Source: Vicinamibacterales bacterium (lineage in GTDB: Bacteria > Acidobacteriota > Vicinamibacteria > Vicinamibacterales > UBA2999). From it: DNA of 64,000 nucleotides. Of this stretch, positions 28,664 through 35,889 are shown piece after piece (the stretch's first letter is position 1; each line of letters opens with the position of its first letter). The notes under the pieces were generated by a model. It had not been told where the DNA came from. It did not search any database and was given only the letters and a program-made list of their open reading frames with translations. The stretch spans positions 5,618 to 69,617 of the forward strand of contig DASYQV010000311.1 of NCBI GenBank assembly GCA_036005125.1. The letters are read 5' to 3'. Both the position numbers and the translations under genes were made by a program.

Positions 28664-28693
28664 ATGATATGGCGCAGCTCGGAAGATTGTCAA
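28664..28693 (-). promoter_or_regulatory. Candidate sigma-70 promoter of the dcw cluster (TTGACA - 18 nt - TATCAT)
   Basis: Minus strand TTGACAatcttccgagctgcgccaTATCAT; -35 = complement of 28688-28693, -10 = complement of 28664-28669; located directly upstream of the GTGGA boxes. Confidence 0.5.
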
Positions 28694-28750
28694 CCGCAAA
28701 CGCCAGATTGACAGCATGTTACGCCTAATTTTCGTCATACTTTCGTGAGC

Positions 28751-28881
28751 GGGTCAGGACGGGGTCAGACCAACGATGCGGGTCGACTCAAGGCATTGAG
28801 TCGACCCGACTGAAGGCCTTGAGTCGATCCGTCACCAGGGTCTGACCCCGTTCTGACCCCGTTCTGACCCCGTTCTGACCC
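28751..28881. repeat. Nested hairpins plus 3 x CGTTCTGACCC tandem 11-mer in the mraZ/ychF divergent region
   Basis: Outer 21-bp stem 28751-28771 / 28839-28859 (1 mismatch); inner perfect 12-bp hairpin 28780-28791 / 28796-28807; 11-mers at 28849-28881. Confidence 0.88.
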
Positions 28882-28902
28882 TCGTGCTAGGCTGGAGCGC
28901 TC

Positions 28903-29991
28903 ATGCTTCGTGCGGCGCTGATCGGCCTGGACGGGAACGGCAAGACCACGCTCTTTCAACTCATGACCGCGGCCCGGGAGGCGCCGCGCGGCAAAGGCGA
29001 CGTCAACATCGGCATCTCCAAGATTCCTGACGCGCGGCTCGACCGCCTCACCGCCATGTACAACCCGCGCAAGCGCGTCCCCGCCACGGTTGAGTTCACC
29101 GACATCATCGGCCCCGCCCGCAGCGGCGCGCAGGCGCTCGTTGACGTCGCCGGCTACAAGAACGCCGACGCCCTCGTGCACGTGGTCCGCGCCTTCCACG
29201 ACGAGGCCGTGCCGCATCCCTCGGGCTCGGTCGACCCCGCACGCGACGCCCAGGCGATGGAGGACGAGCTGATCCTCGCCGATCTCGGCGTCCTCGAGCG
29301 GCGCCTCGAGCGGCTCGAAAAGGACCTGAAGAAAGCACGGACACCGGAGCTCGAGAAGGAACGCGACCTCGTGCACCGATGCAAGGCGGCCCTCGAAGAC
29401 GGTCGGCCCCTGCGTGCGCTGGAGCTCACGGGCGAGGACCTCAAACGGCTCCGCGGTTTCCAACTGCTGTCAGCCAAGCCGCTGCTCCTCGTCATCAATC
29501 TCGACGAAACCGACCTGGCCACGGTCGGCGCGAGCGTCGACAAGGCTGCCGCCCGGACCGGGTTGACCTCGTTTCTCGCGCACGCCGCCACCCGCGCGGT
29601 TGCCGTGTGCGCAAAAATCGAGCTCGAGATCGGCCAGCTCGAAGGCGCCGACGCCACCGCCTTTCTCTCCGATCTGGGCTTGACGGAATCCGGCCTCGAT
29701 CGGGTGATCCGCGCCAGCTACGACCTGCTCGGGTACCTCTCTTTCTTCACCGTCGGCGAGGACGAGTGCCGCGCCTGGTCTATCCCGCGGGACACGCCCG
29801 CACAACTGGCAGCCGGCGAGATTCACAGTGACATCGCCAGAGGGTTCATCCGCGCCGAAGTGGTTGCCTACGACGCGCTGATCGCCCGCGGTTCGATGGC
29901 TGCCTGCCGCGATCACGGCGAGGTGCGCCTCGAAGGCAAGGAGTACATCGTCAAGGACGGCGATATCATAAATTTCCGATTTGCAACCTAG
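28903..29991 (+). CDS. ychF: YchF-family ribosome-binding ATPase/GTPase (divergent P-loop)
   Basis: P-loop GLDGNGKTTLF, coiled-coil insertion, C-terminal FFTVGEDECRAWSIPRDT..AAGEIHSDIARGFIRAEV..GKEYIVKDGDII. Confidence 0.85.
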   Translation: MLRAALIGLDGNGKTTLFQLMTAAREAPRGKGDVNIGISKIPDARLDRLTAMYNPRKRVPATVEFTDIIGPARSGAQALVDVAGYKNADALVHVVRAFHDEAVPHPSGSVDPARDAQAMEDELILADLGVLERRLERLEKDLKKARTPELEKERDLVHRCKAALEDGRPLRALELTGEDLKRLRGFQLLSAKPLLLVINLDETDLATVGASVDKAAARTGLTSFLAHAATRAVAVCAKIELEIGQLEGADATAFLSDLGLTESGLDRVIRASYDLLGYLSFFTVGEDECRAWSIPRDTPAQLAAGEIHSDIARGFIRAEVVAYDALIARGSMAACRDHGEVRLEGKEYIVKDGDIINFRFAT

Positions 29992-30160
29992 ATGATTCAT
30001 CTCGTCATCTCAGATTTCAGATTTGATCAATGCATCCGATCATCTGGCTCATTTGATCATGTTTGATTTGTTCATTTGTTCATCGCATGGCGATGACGCG
30101 ATGGCGATGAAATCCGATGATCAAATGCCAATGTCCAAATCTGATATCTGAAATGAGCAA
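29991..30160. repeat. AT-richer imperfect palindromic spacer built from TCAGATT / GATGATC / TGATCAAAT words
   Basis: TCAGATTTCAGATTTGATCA (30011-30030) vs TGATCAAAT..CAAATCTGATATCTGAAAT (30118-30154); shares an identical 19-mer with 38130-38148. Confidence 0.8.
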
Positions 30161-31192
30161 ATGAGAATCGTTGTCGCTGAGGCGCAGGTCCCGTTCGTCG
30201 AGGGCGGGGCCGAGCTGCATGTGCGGGCGCTCGTCGAACAGCTGCGGCGGCGGGGCCACGACGTCGAGAAGGTCGCGCTGCCGTTCCGGCCGCAGCCGAA
30301 ATCAGAGCTGCTGGCGCAGGCCGCCGCATGGCGCCTGCTCGATTTGTCGAGCAGCGCCGGACAACCGATCGACCTGCTGATTGCGACGCGCTTCCCGACA
30401 TATTGCGCGCGGCACCCGCGCAAGGTCGCGTGGCTGATTCATCAGCATCGTGCGGCGTACGAGTTGTGCGGCACCGAGTACAGCGACTTCACGGACACGG
30501 AAGAGGATGTCGGGCTGCGGCGACGCCTGATCGAGCTGGACACGCGCATGCTCGGGGAGTGCCGCCGCGTCTTCACGAATGCGCAGAACACGGCCAGTCG
30601 CCTCGCGAAGTTCAACGGCGTCGCGGGCCAGGCGTTGTACCATCCACCACCGCTCGCCGGGCGGCTTCACGGCGGGCGTTACGGCGACTACGTGCTGTCG
30701 GTGGGCCGGATCGAACGAGTGAAGCGCCACGATCTCGTCATTCGCGCCATGGCACACGTGCCCGCGCCGCTCCGGTTGATCGTCGTCGGCGACGGCTCGG
30801 GCCGCGCCGAATCCGAGCGCGCCGCGGCGGAGAGCGGCGCAGGCGATCGCATCACGTTCACCGGCGCGGCAGGAGCCGACCAGCTGTTGGATCTTTATGC
30901 GCATGCGCTCGCCGTCGTGTACGTACCGTTCGACGAGGATTACGGATACGTGACGCTCGAGGCATTCCTCTCATCGAAGCCGGTCATCACCGCAACCGAT
31001 TCCGGTGGCGTGCTCGAGTTCGTCGTCGATGGATCGAACGGGTTCGTCTGCGCCCCGCAGCCGCAGGCGATTGCGGCCGTCATCAGTCGCCTCGCGGCAG
31101 ACAGGACGCTCGCGGCGCGGCTTGGCAGCGCCGGCCGCGTGCGCGCGAGTGCCGTCACGTGGGACGGCGTCATCGAGCAGCTCCTTGGCTGA
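30161..31192 (+). CDS. Glycosyltransferase family 4 (GT-B, group 1)
   Basis: N-terminal MRIVVAEAQVPFVEGGAELH, C-terminal E..G.V.LEA motif (DEDYGYVTLEAFLSSKPVI). Confidence 0.85.
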   Translation: MRIVVAEAQVPFVEGGAELHVRALVEQLRRRGHDVEKVALPFRPQPKSELLAQAAAWRLLDLSSSAGQPIDLLIATRFPTYCARHPRKVAWLIHQHRAAYELCGTEYSDFTDTEEDVGLRRRLIELDTRMLGECRRVFTNAQNTASRLAKFNGVAGQALYHPPPLAGRLHGGRYGDYVLSVGRIERVKRHDLVIRAMAHVPAPLRLIVVGDGSGRAESERAAAESGAGDRITFTGAAGADQLLDLYAHALAVVYVPFDEDYGYVTLEAFLSSKPVITATDSGGVLEFVVDGSNGFVCAPQPQAIAAVISRLAADRTLAARLGSAGRVRASAVTWDGVIEQLLG

Positions 31193-31202
31193 TACCTCCG
31201 CC

Positions 31203-32051
31203 GTGTCGGTCGTCATTCCGGCCATGAACGAGGCCGACGCGATCGGCTCGGTCGTCACGACCCTTCGGGCAACGGCGCCGTGGCACGAAATCATCGTCGT
31301 CGACGACGGCAGCGTCGACGCGACCGGCGATCACGCCCGCGGCGCCGGTGCGCGCGTGATTCGACACCCCTACAACAAAGGCAACGGCGCGGCGGTGAAG
31401 ACCGGAATCCGCGCGGCCACCGGCGAGTTCGTCCTGATCGTCGACGCCGATGGCCAGCATCGTCCCGAGGACGCCGAGCGGCTGGTCAGCCGGCTTGGCG
31501 AGTACGACCTCGTGATTGCCGCGCGCGTGGCCGCGACGCAGGCCACGCTCATTCGGCGCATCGGCAACGTCACGCTCAATGGGCTCGCCAGCTATTTGAC
31601 GGCGCGCCCGATCCCGGATCTCACGTCGGGCTTTCGCGCCGCACGGCGCGACTGTCTCCGTGAATTCATCCATCTTCTGCCGAACGGCTTCTCCACGCCG
31701 ACGACGACGACGCTGGCGTTCATCAAGGCGGGCTACAACGTCGCGTTCGAGCCCGTCCAGGCGCGGCCGCGCGTCGGCACATCGAAGATCAGGCTCGCGA
31801 GCGATGGCGCCAGATTTTTCCTGATTCTGTTGAAGGTGATCACGCTCTTCAACCCGCTGCGGATCTTCCTTCCGATCAGCGTGGCCTCGTTCCTGCTCGG
31901 CACCCTGTACGGCCTCTGGAACGTCACCGTCCACTCCCGCATCCCGAACGGCAGCGTGCTGCTGATTCTCTTCGCGGTCGTCGTCTTCCTCGTCGGCTTG
32001 ATCTCGGAGCAGATCTCCGCGTTGCGGCTCGAGAGTCCGTCCAAACAGTGA
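31203..32051 (+). CDS. Membrane-anchored GT2 glycosyltransferase (polyprenyl-phosphate sugar synthase type, ArnC/GtrB/DPM1-like)
   Basis: VSVVIPAMNE, VVDDGSVDAT, DADGQH (DxD), two C-terminal TM helices; GTG 31203 inside track ORF 31005..32051. Confidence 0.85.
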   Translation: MSVVIPAMNEADAIGSVVTTLRATAPWHEIIVVDDGSVDATGDHARGAGARVIRHPYNKGNGAAVKTGIRAATGEFVLIVDADGQHRPEDAERLVSRLGEYDLVIAARVAATQATLIRRIGNVTLNGLASYLTARPIPDLTSGFRAARRDCLREFIHLLPNGFSTPTTTTLAFIKAGYNVAFEPVQARPRVGTSKIRLASDGARFFLILLKVITLFNPLRIFLPISVASFLLGTLYGLWNVTVHSRIPNGSVLLILFAVVVFLVGLISEQISALRLESPSKQ

Positions 32052-32058
32052 TCGCCAG

Positions 32059-32802
32059 ATGCAGACCGTAGTCATCGTGCCGACGTACAACGAGCGCGAC
32101 ACCCTGCCGGTCGTCGGGCGTGAGCTGCTCGACTTTCCCGACCTGCGGCTGATGATCGTCGACGATCGATCCCCGGATGACACGGGGACCGTGGCGGATG
32201 CGATCGCCGCGCGGCATCCAGGGCGCGTCTCGGTGCTGCACCGCGATGGCGTACGAGGGCTCGGGCGCTCGTACGTCGACGGCATGCGCGCCGCATTGTC
32301 AACCGACGCCGATCTCATCGTCCAGATGGATGCGGACCACTCGCACGACCCCGCGGACGTTCCGCGGATGATTTCCGCCGCGGCCCATGCCGACCTGGTG
32401 ATCGGCTCGCGCTACGTCGCCGAAGGGCGGATCGTGAACTGGCCGTTGCACCGCCTGATTCTGAGCGCGGGGGCCAACCGCTACATCCGCGTGCTGACCG
32501 GGCTCGACGTCCACGACATCACGAGCGGCTTCCGCTGCTGGCGCCGGGAGGCACTGCTCCGAATCCCGTTGGAGAGAATCGCATCGGACGGCTACGCGTT
32601 CCAGGTCGAGATGACGTGGCACGCGACGCGCGCGGGCAGCCGGATTCGCGAGGTGCCGATCACATTCGTCGAGCGGCGCCAGGGGGTGTCGAAGCTCTCG
32701 GGTCGAGTGATCCTGGAATCGGCCGTCCTTCCATGGCGGCTGGCGGCCCGCCGCGTCGTGCCATCGGCCTTGCCCGGAACCCGCGGGCGTGGTACGGTTT
32801 GA
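32059..32802 (+). CDS. GT2 polyprenol-phosphate mannosyltransferase-like (soluble DPM1/Ppm1 type)
   Basis: VIVPTYNERDTL, IVDDRSPDDT, QMDADHSHDP, FQVEM. Confidence 0.85.
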   Translation: MQTVVIVPTYNERDTLPVVGRELLDFPDLRLMIVDDRSPDDTGTVADAIAARHPGRVSVLHRDGVRGLGRSYVDGMRAALSTDADLIVQMDADHSHDPADVPRMISAAAHADLVIGSRYVAEGRIVNWPLHRLILSAGANRYIRVLTGLDVHDITSGFRCWRREALLRIPLERIASDGYAFQVEMTWHATRAGSRIREVPITFVERRQGVSKLSGRVILESAVLPWRLAARRVVPSALPGTRGRGTV

Positions 32803-32811
32803 CGCGTTTTC

Positions 32812-33600
32812 ATGGCAGACAAGCCCCTCGGTCTGTCGTTTTTCTTTCCCGCATTCAACGACGGCGGAACCATTGCCAGCCTGGTCATCAGAGCCGTGCA
32901 GGTCGCGAGCCGCCTCACGCCCGACTATGAGGTCATCGTCGTGAACGACGGCAGCTCCGACGCGACCGCCGAGATCGCCGAGGAGCTGGTGCGCACATAT
33001 CCGTGCGTGCGCGTCATCCACCACGCGGAGAACCGCGGTTACGGCGGCGCGCTGCGCACCGGCTTTGCGGCAGCTACCAAAGATCTCATCGCCTACACGG
33101 ACGGCGACGCGCAGTACGATCCCGCCGAGCTCGAAATGTTGTGGAACCGGTTGACCCCGGACGCCGACATGGTGAACGGCTTCAAGATCAGCCGGGCGGA
33201 TCCGCTGCACCGCATCATCATCGGGCGGATTTATCACCACACCGTGAAGATCCTCTTCCGCCTCCGCGTGAGAGACGTCGACTGCGATTTCCGTCTGATG
33301 CGCCGTGAAATCTTCGATCGCGTGAAGCTCGAACGCGATACCGGTGTCATCTGCCTCGAGATGATGCGCAAGATCCAGGAAGCAGGATTCCGCATCGTCG
33401 AGGTGCCGGTGAGCCACTACCACCGCGCCTACGGCACGTCACAGTTCTTCAACTTCCGGCGGGTCTTCTGGACGGGCGTCGACGTGATGAAGCTCTGGAT
33501 TCAGCTCGTCGTGCTCGGACAGCACAGCTCGCCGGTCCTGTTCCGCAACCCCACCATCGCCGGCACCGTGCCGAAGGAACCCAGGCAGGGCGCGCAGTGA
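32812..33600 (+). CDS. GT2 family glycosyltransferase
   Basis: FFFPAFNDG, VVNDGSSDAT, YTDGDAQYDP. Confidence 0.8.
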   Translation: MADKPLGLSFFFPAFNDGGTIASLVIRAVQVASRLTPDYEVIVVNDGSSDATAEIAEELVRTYPCVRVIHHAENRGYGGALRTGFAAATKDLIAYTDGDAQYDPAELEMLWNRLTPDADMVNGFKISRADPLHRIIIGRIYHHTVKILFRLRVRDVDCDFRLMRREIFDRVKLERDTGVICLEMMRKIQEAGFRIVEVPVSHYHRAYGTSQFFNFRRVFWTGVDVMKLWIQLVVLGQHSSPVLFRNPTIAGTVPKEPRQGAQ

Positions 33601-33690
33601 AGCTCCGCTTCAAATCGCCTGGACCCGTGCGGCGAACAGGCTGCGCGTCACCGCGCCCCAGTAGCTCTTGGCCCCGCTTCGCGGGGCCTC

Positions 33691-33755
33691 GACATCTCCT
33701 AAGGCCAAGCGGAAAACTTGCTTCATTCGTGACGATCTCGGCCTTAGGAGATGTC
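33691..33755 (+). promoter_or_regulatory. Perfect 16-bp inverted repeat that would sequester the AGGAG ribosome-binding site of the downstream SDR gene
   Basis: GACATCTCCTAAGGCC (33691-33706) and GGCCTTAGGAGATGTC (33740-33755), 33-nt loop; AGGAG 33746-33750 is 7 nt upstream of GTG 33758; preceded by hairpin GGCCCCGC-TTC-GCGGGGCC (33670-33688). Confidence 0.5.
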
Positions 33756-33757
33756 TA

Positions 33758-34783
33758 GTGGATTACCGCACCTTTTACGACGGCCGTCGCGTGATGATCA
33801 CCGGCGGGCTGGGGTTCATCGGGAGCAACCTCGCGCGCCAGCTCGTCGACCTCGGCGCCCACATCCTCGTCGTCGACTCGCTCATTCCAGAGTATGGTGG
33901 AAATCTCTTCAATGTCTCCGGCATCGAGGAGGCCATCCGCATCAACATCGCCGACGTTCGGCAGCAGAGCACGGTGAACTACCTGGTTCGCGACTGCGAC
34001 GTGATCTTCAATCTCGCGGGCCAGGTGAGCCACGTCGACAGCATGCAGGATCCTTATACGGATCTCGAAATCAACTGCCGCAGCCAGCTTGCAATCCTGG
34101 AGGCGTGCCGCCGCAACAATCCTGGGGTGAAGGTGGTGTATGCGGGCACGAGGCAGGTGTACGGGCGTCCCGATACTCTGCCCGTGACCGAGAATCATCT
34201 CGTGCGGCCGACCGACGTGAACGGCATCAACAAGGCCGCAGGCGAGTATTACCACCTCGTCTACAACAACGTCTTTGGCGTCCGTGCCTGTTCGCTGCGG
34301 CTCACGAACGTATACGGTCCACGACAGTTGATGAAGCACAATCGCCAGGGCTTCATCGCCTGGTTCATCCGGCTTGCAATCGAGAACCGCGAGATTCAGA
34401 TCTACGGTGACGGCTCCCAGCTCCGCGACTTCGTGTACGTCGACGACGCGGCAGACGCGTTTCTGCGCGCGGGAGCGTCGGACGCGTGCAACGGACAGGC
34501 GTTCAACGTGGGCGGGCTCGAACCGATCGCGCATCGCGACCTCGTCGCGCTGCTCATCCGGACGGCCGGCACCGGTCGATTCCGCTACGTCGACTGGCCG
34601 CCGGAGAAAAAGGCGATAGATATCGGGAGCTGTTACGCCGACTCGACCCGAATCGGCGCAACGCTGGGGTGGCGCGCGACGACCGTGCTGGCCGACGGCC
34701 TCGAGCGCACGGTCGCGTTCTACAGGGTCAACCTGCATCATTACGTGCCGACCGCCGACCAGCCGCAGGTCGCGGTCTCGTGA
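33758..34783 (+). CDS. Extended-SDR NAD-dependent epimerase/dehydratase family protein (non-canonical active-site motif)
   Basis: Rossmann ITGGLGFIGSN; where YGxSK is expected the sequence reads NGINK; GTG 33758 with AGGAG upstream (alt ATG 33794). Confidence 0.82.
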   Translation: MDYRTFYDGRRVMITGGLGFIGSNLARQLVDLGAHILVVDSLIPEYGGNLFNVSGIEEAIRINIADVRQQSTVNYLVRDCDVIFNLAGQVSHVDSMQDPYTDLEINCRSQLAILEACRRNNPGVKVVYAGTRQVYGRPDTLPVTENHLVRPTDVNGINKAAGEYYHLVYNNVFGVRACSLRLTNVYGPRQLMKHNRQGFIAWFIRLAIENREIQIYGDGSQLRDFVYVDDAADAFLRAGASDACNGQAFNVGGLEPIAHRDLVALLIRTAGTGRFRYVDWPPEKKAIDIGSCYADSTRIGATLGWRATTVLADGLERTVAFYRVNLHHYVPTADQPQVAVS

Positions 34784-35889
34784 GTGCCGTCCGGATACCC
34801 TTCATCGATCTCCGTGGGGGCGAAGACGAAGAGGGGGTGCGTACAGCCATCGCGCGCGTGATTCATGCCGGATGGTTCGTGCTCGGCCCCGAAGTCGAGG
34901 CGTTCGAGCACGAATTCGCTGCAGCCTCCGGCGTCGACATCGCGGTGGGCGTCGGCAACGGCACCGATGCGATCGCGCTGATCCTGCGCGCGCTTGGAAT
35001 CGGCGCAGGCGACGAGGTAATCGTGCCGGCTCTCACCGCCGCCTACACCGGGCTCGCGGTACTGATGGTCGGCGCGCGACCCGTGTTCGCCGATGTGGAG
35101 GCCGATCGGCTGACGCTCGATCCCGAGGCGTGCGCGGCGCTCATCACGCCGCGAACCGCGGCGATCGTGCCGGTACACCTGTACGGGCAGCCCGCGGATC
35201 TCGAGCGGCTCGTGGGAGTCGCGGCTCGACATGGTCTTCCGATTGTGGAGGACTGCTGTCAGGCGCACCTGGCCACCTCTCACGCCCGGCCCGTGGGCAG
35301 CTTCGGCGTCGCGGGCGCATTCAGCTTTTATCCAACGAAGAACCTCGGCGCGATGGGGGACGCGGGCGCCGTGGTCACGAGCGACGCGGCGCTCGCCGAA
35401 CGCGTGCGCCGACTCCGGCACGGCGGGCAGGCGGACCGATATCGGCACGTCGATGCCGGCGTCAACAGTCGCCTCGACGAGCTGCAGGCCGCCGTGCTTC
35501 GCGCCCGCTTGCCATACTTACGCGCCTGGAATGAGCGACGTCGCACCCTGGCAGCGCAGTACACGGCGATGCTGTCTGGCACGTCCGCGGCGCCAGTGCC
35601 GCAGCACGACCCCGGCCACGTGTACCATCTGTTCCCCGTCCGCTCATCCGGCCGCGACGCGCTGCAGACATACCTGCGCAGCGCTGGAATCGAGACCCTT
35701 ATCCACTATCCCGTGCCGCTGCCCGGACAGGAGGCGTTCGCCGCCTACGCGCCCGTTGAGTGCCCACGGTCGACGCGTGCGGCCAGCGAACTGTTGTCGC
35801 TGCCACTGCACCCGCGGCTCACCGACGGGGACGTGCGCGCTGTCGCCGAGACGGTCGGCGCATTCGAGAAAGGACGTGCACTCGCGTGA
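34780..35889 (+). CDS. DegT/DnrJ/EryC1/StrS family sugar aminotransferase (ArnB-like)
   Basis: GNGTDAIALIL, PLP-lysine region FSFYPTKNLGA, NSRLDELQAA; GTG 34780 overlaps the upstream stop (GTGA). Confidence 0.9.
   Translation: MSAVRIPFIDLRGGEDEEGVRTAIARVIHAGWFVLGPEVEAFEHEFAAASGVDIAVGVGNGTDAIALILRALGIGAGDEVIVPALTAAYTGLAVLMVGARPVFADVEADRLTLDPEACAALITPRTAAIVPVHLYGQPADLERLVGVAARHGLPIVEDCCQAHLATSHARPVGSFGVAGAFSFYPTKNLGAMGDAGAVVTSDAALAERVRRLRHGGQADRYRHVDAGVNSRLDELQAAVLRARLPYLRAWNERRRTLAAQYTAMLSGTSAAPVPQHDPGHVYHLFPVRSSGRDALQTYLRSAGIETLIHYPVPLPGQEAFAAYAPVECPRSTRAASELLSLPLHPRLTDGDVRAVAETVGAFEKGRALA

Noticed and set aside
33751-34410. 219-aa ORF starting at ATG 33751 within the RBS hairpin
   Set aside because: It is out of frame with the SDR gene, which has a clear Rossmann motif. 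Its product is Arg/Pro/His-rich with no motif.
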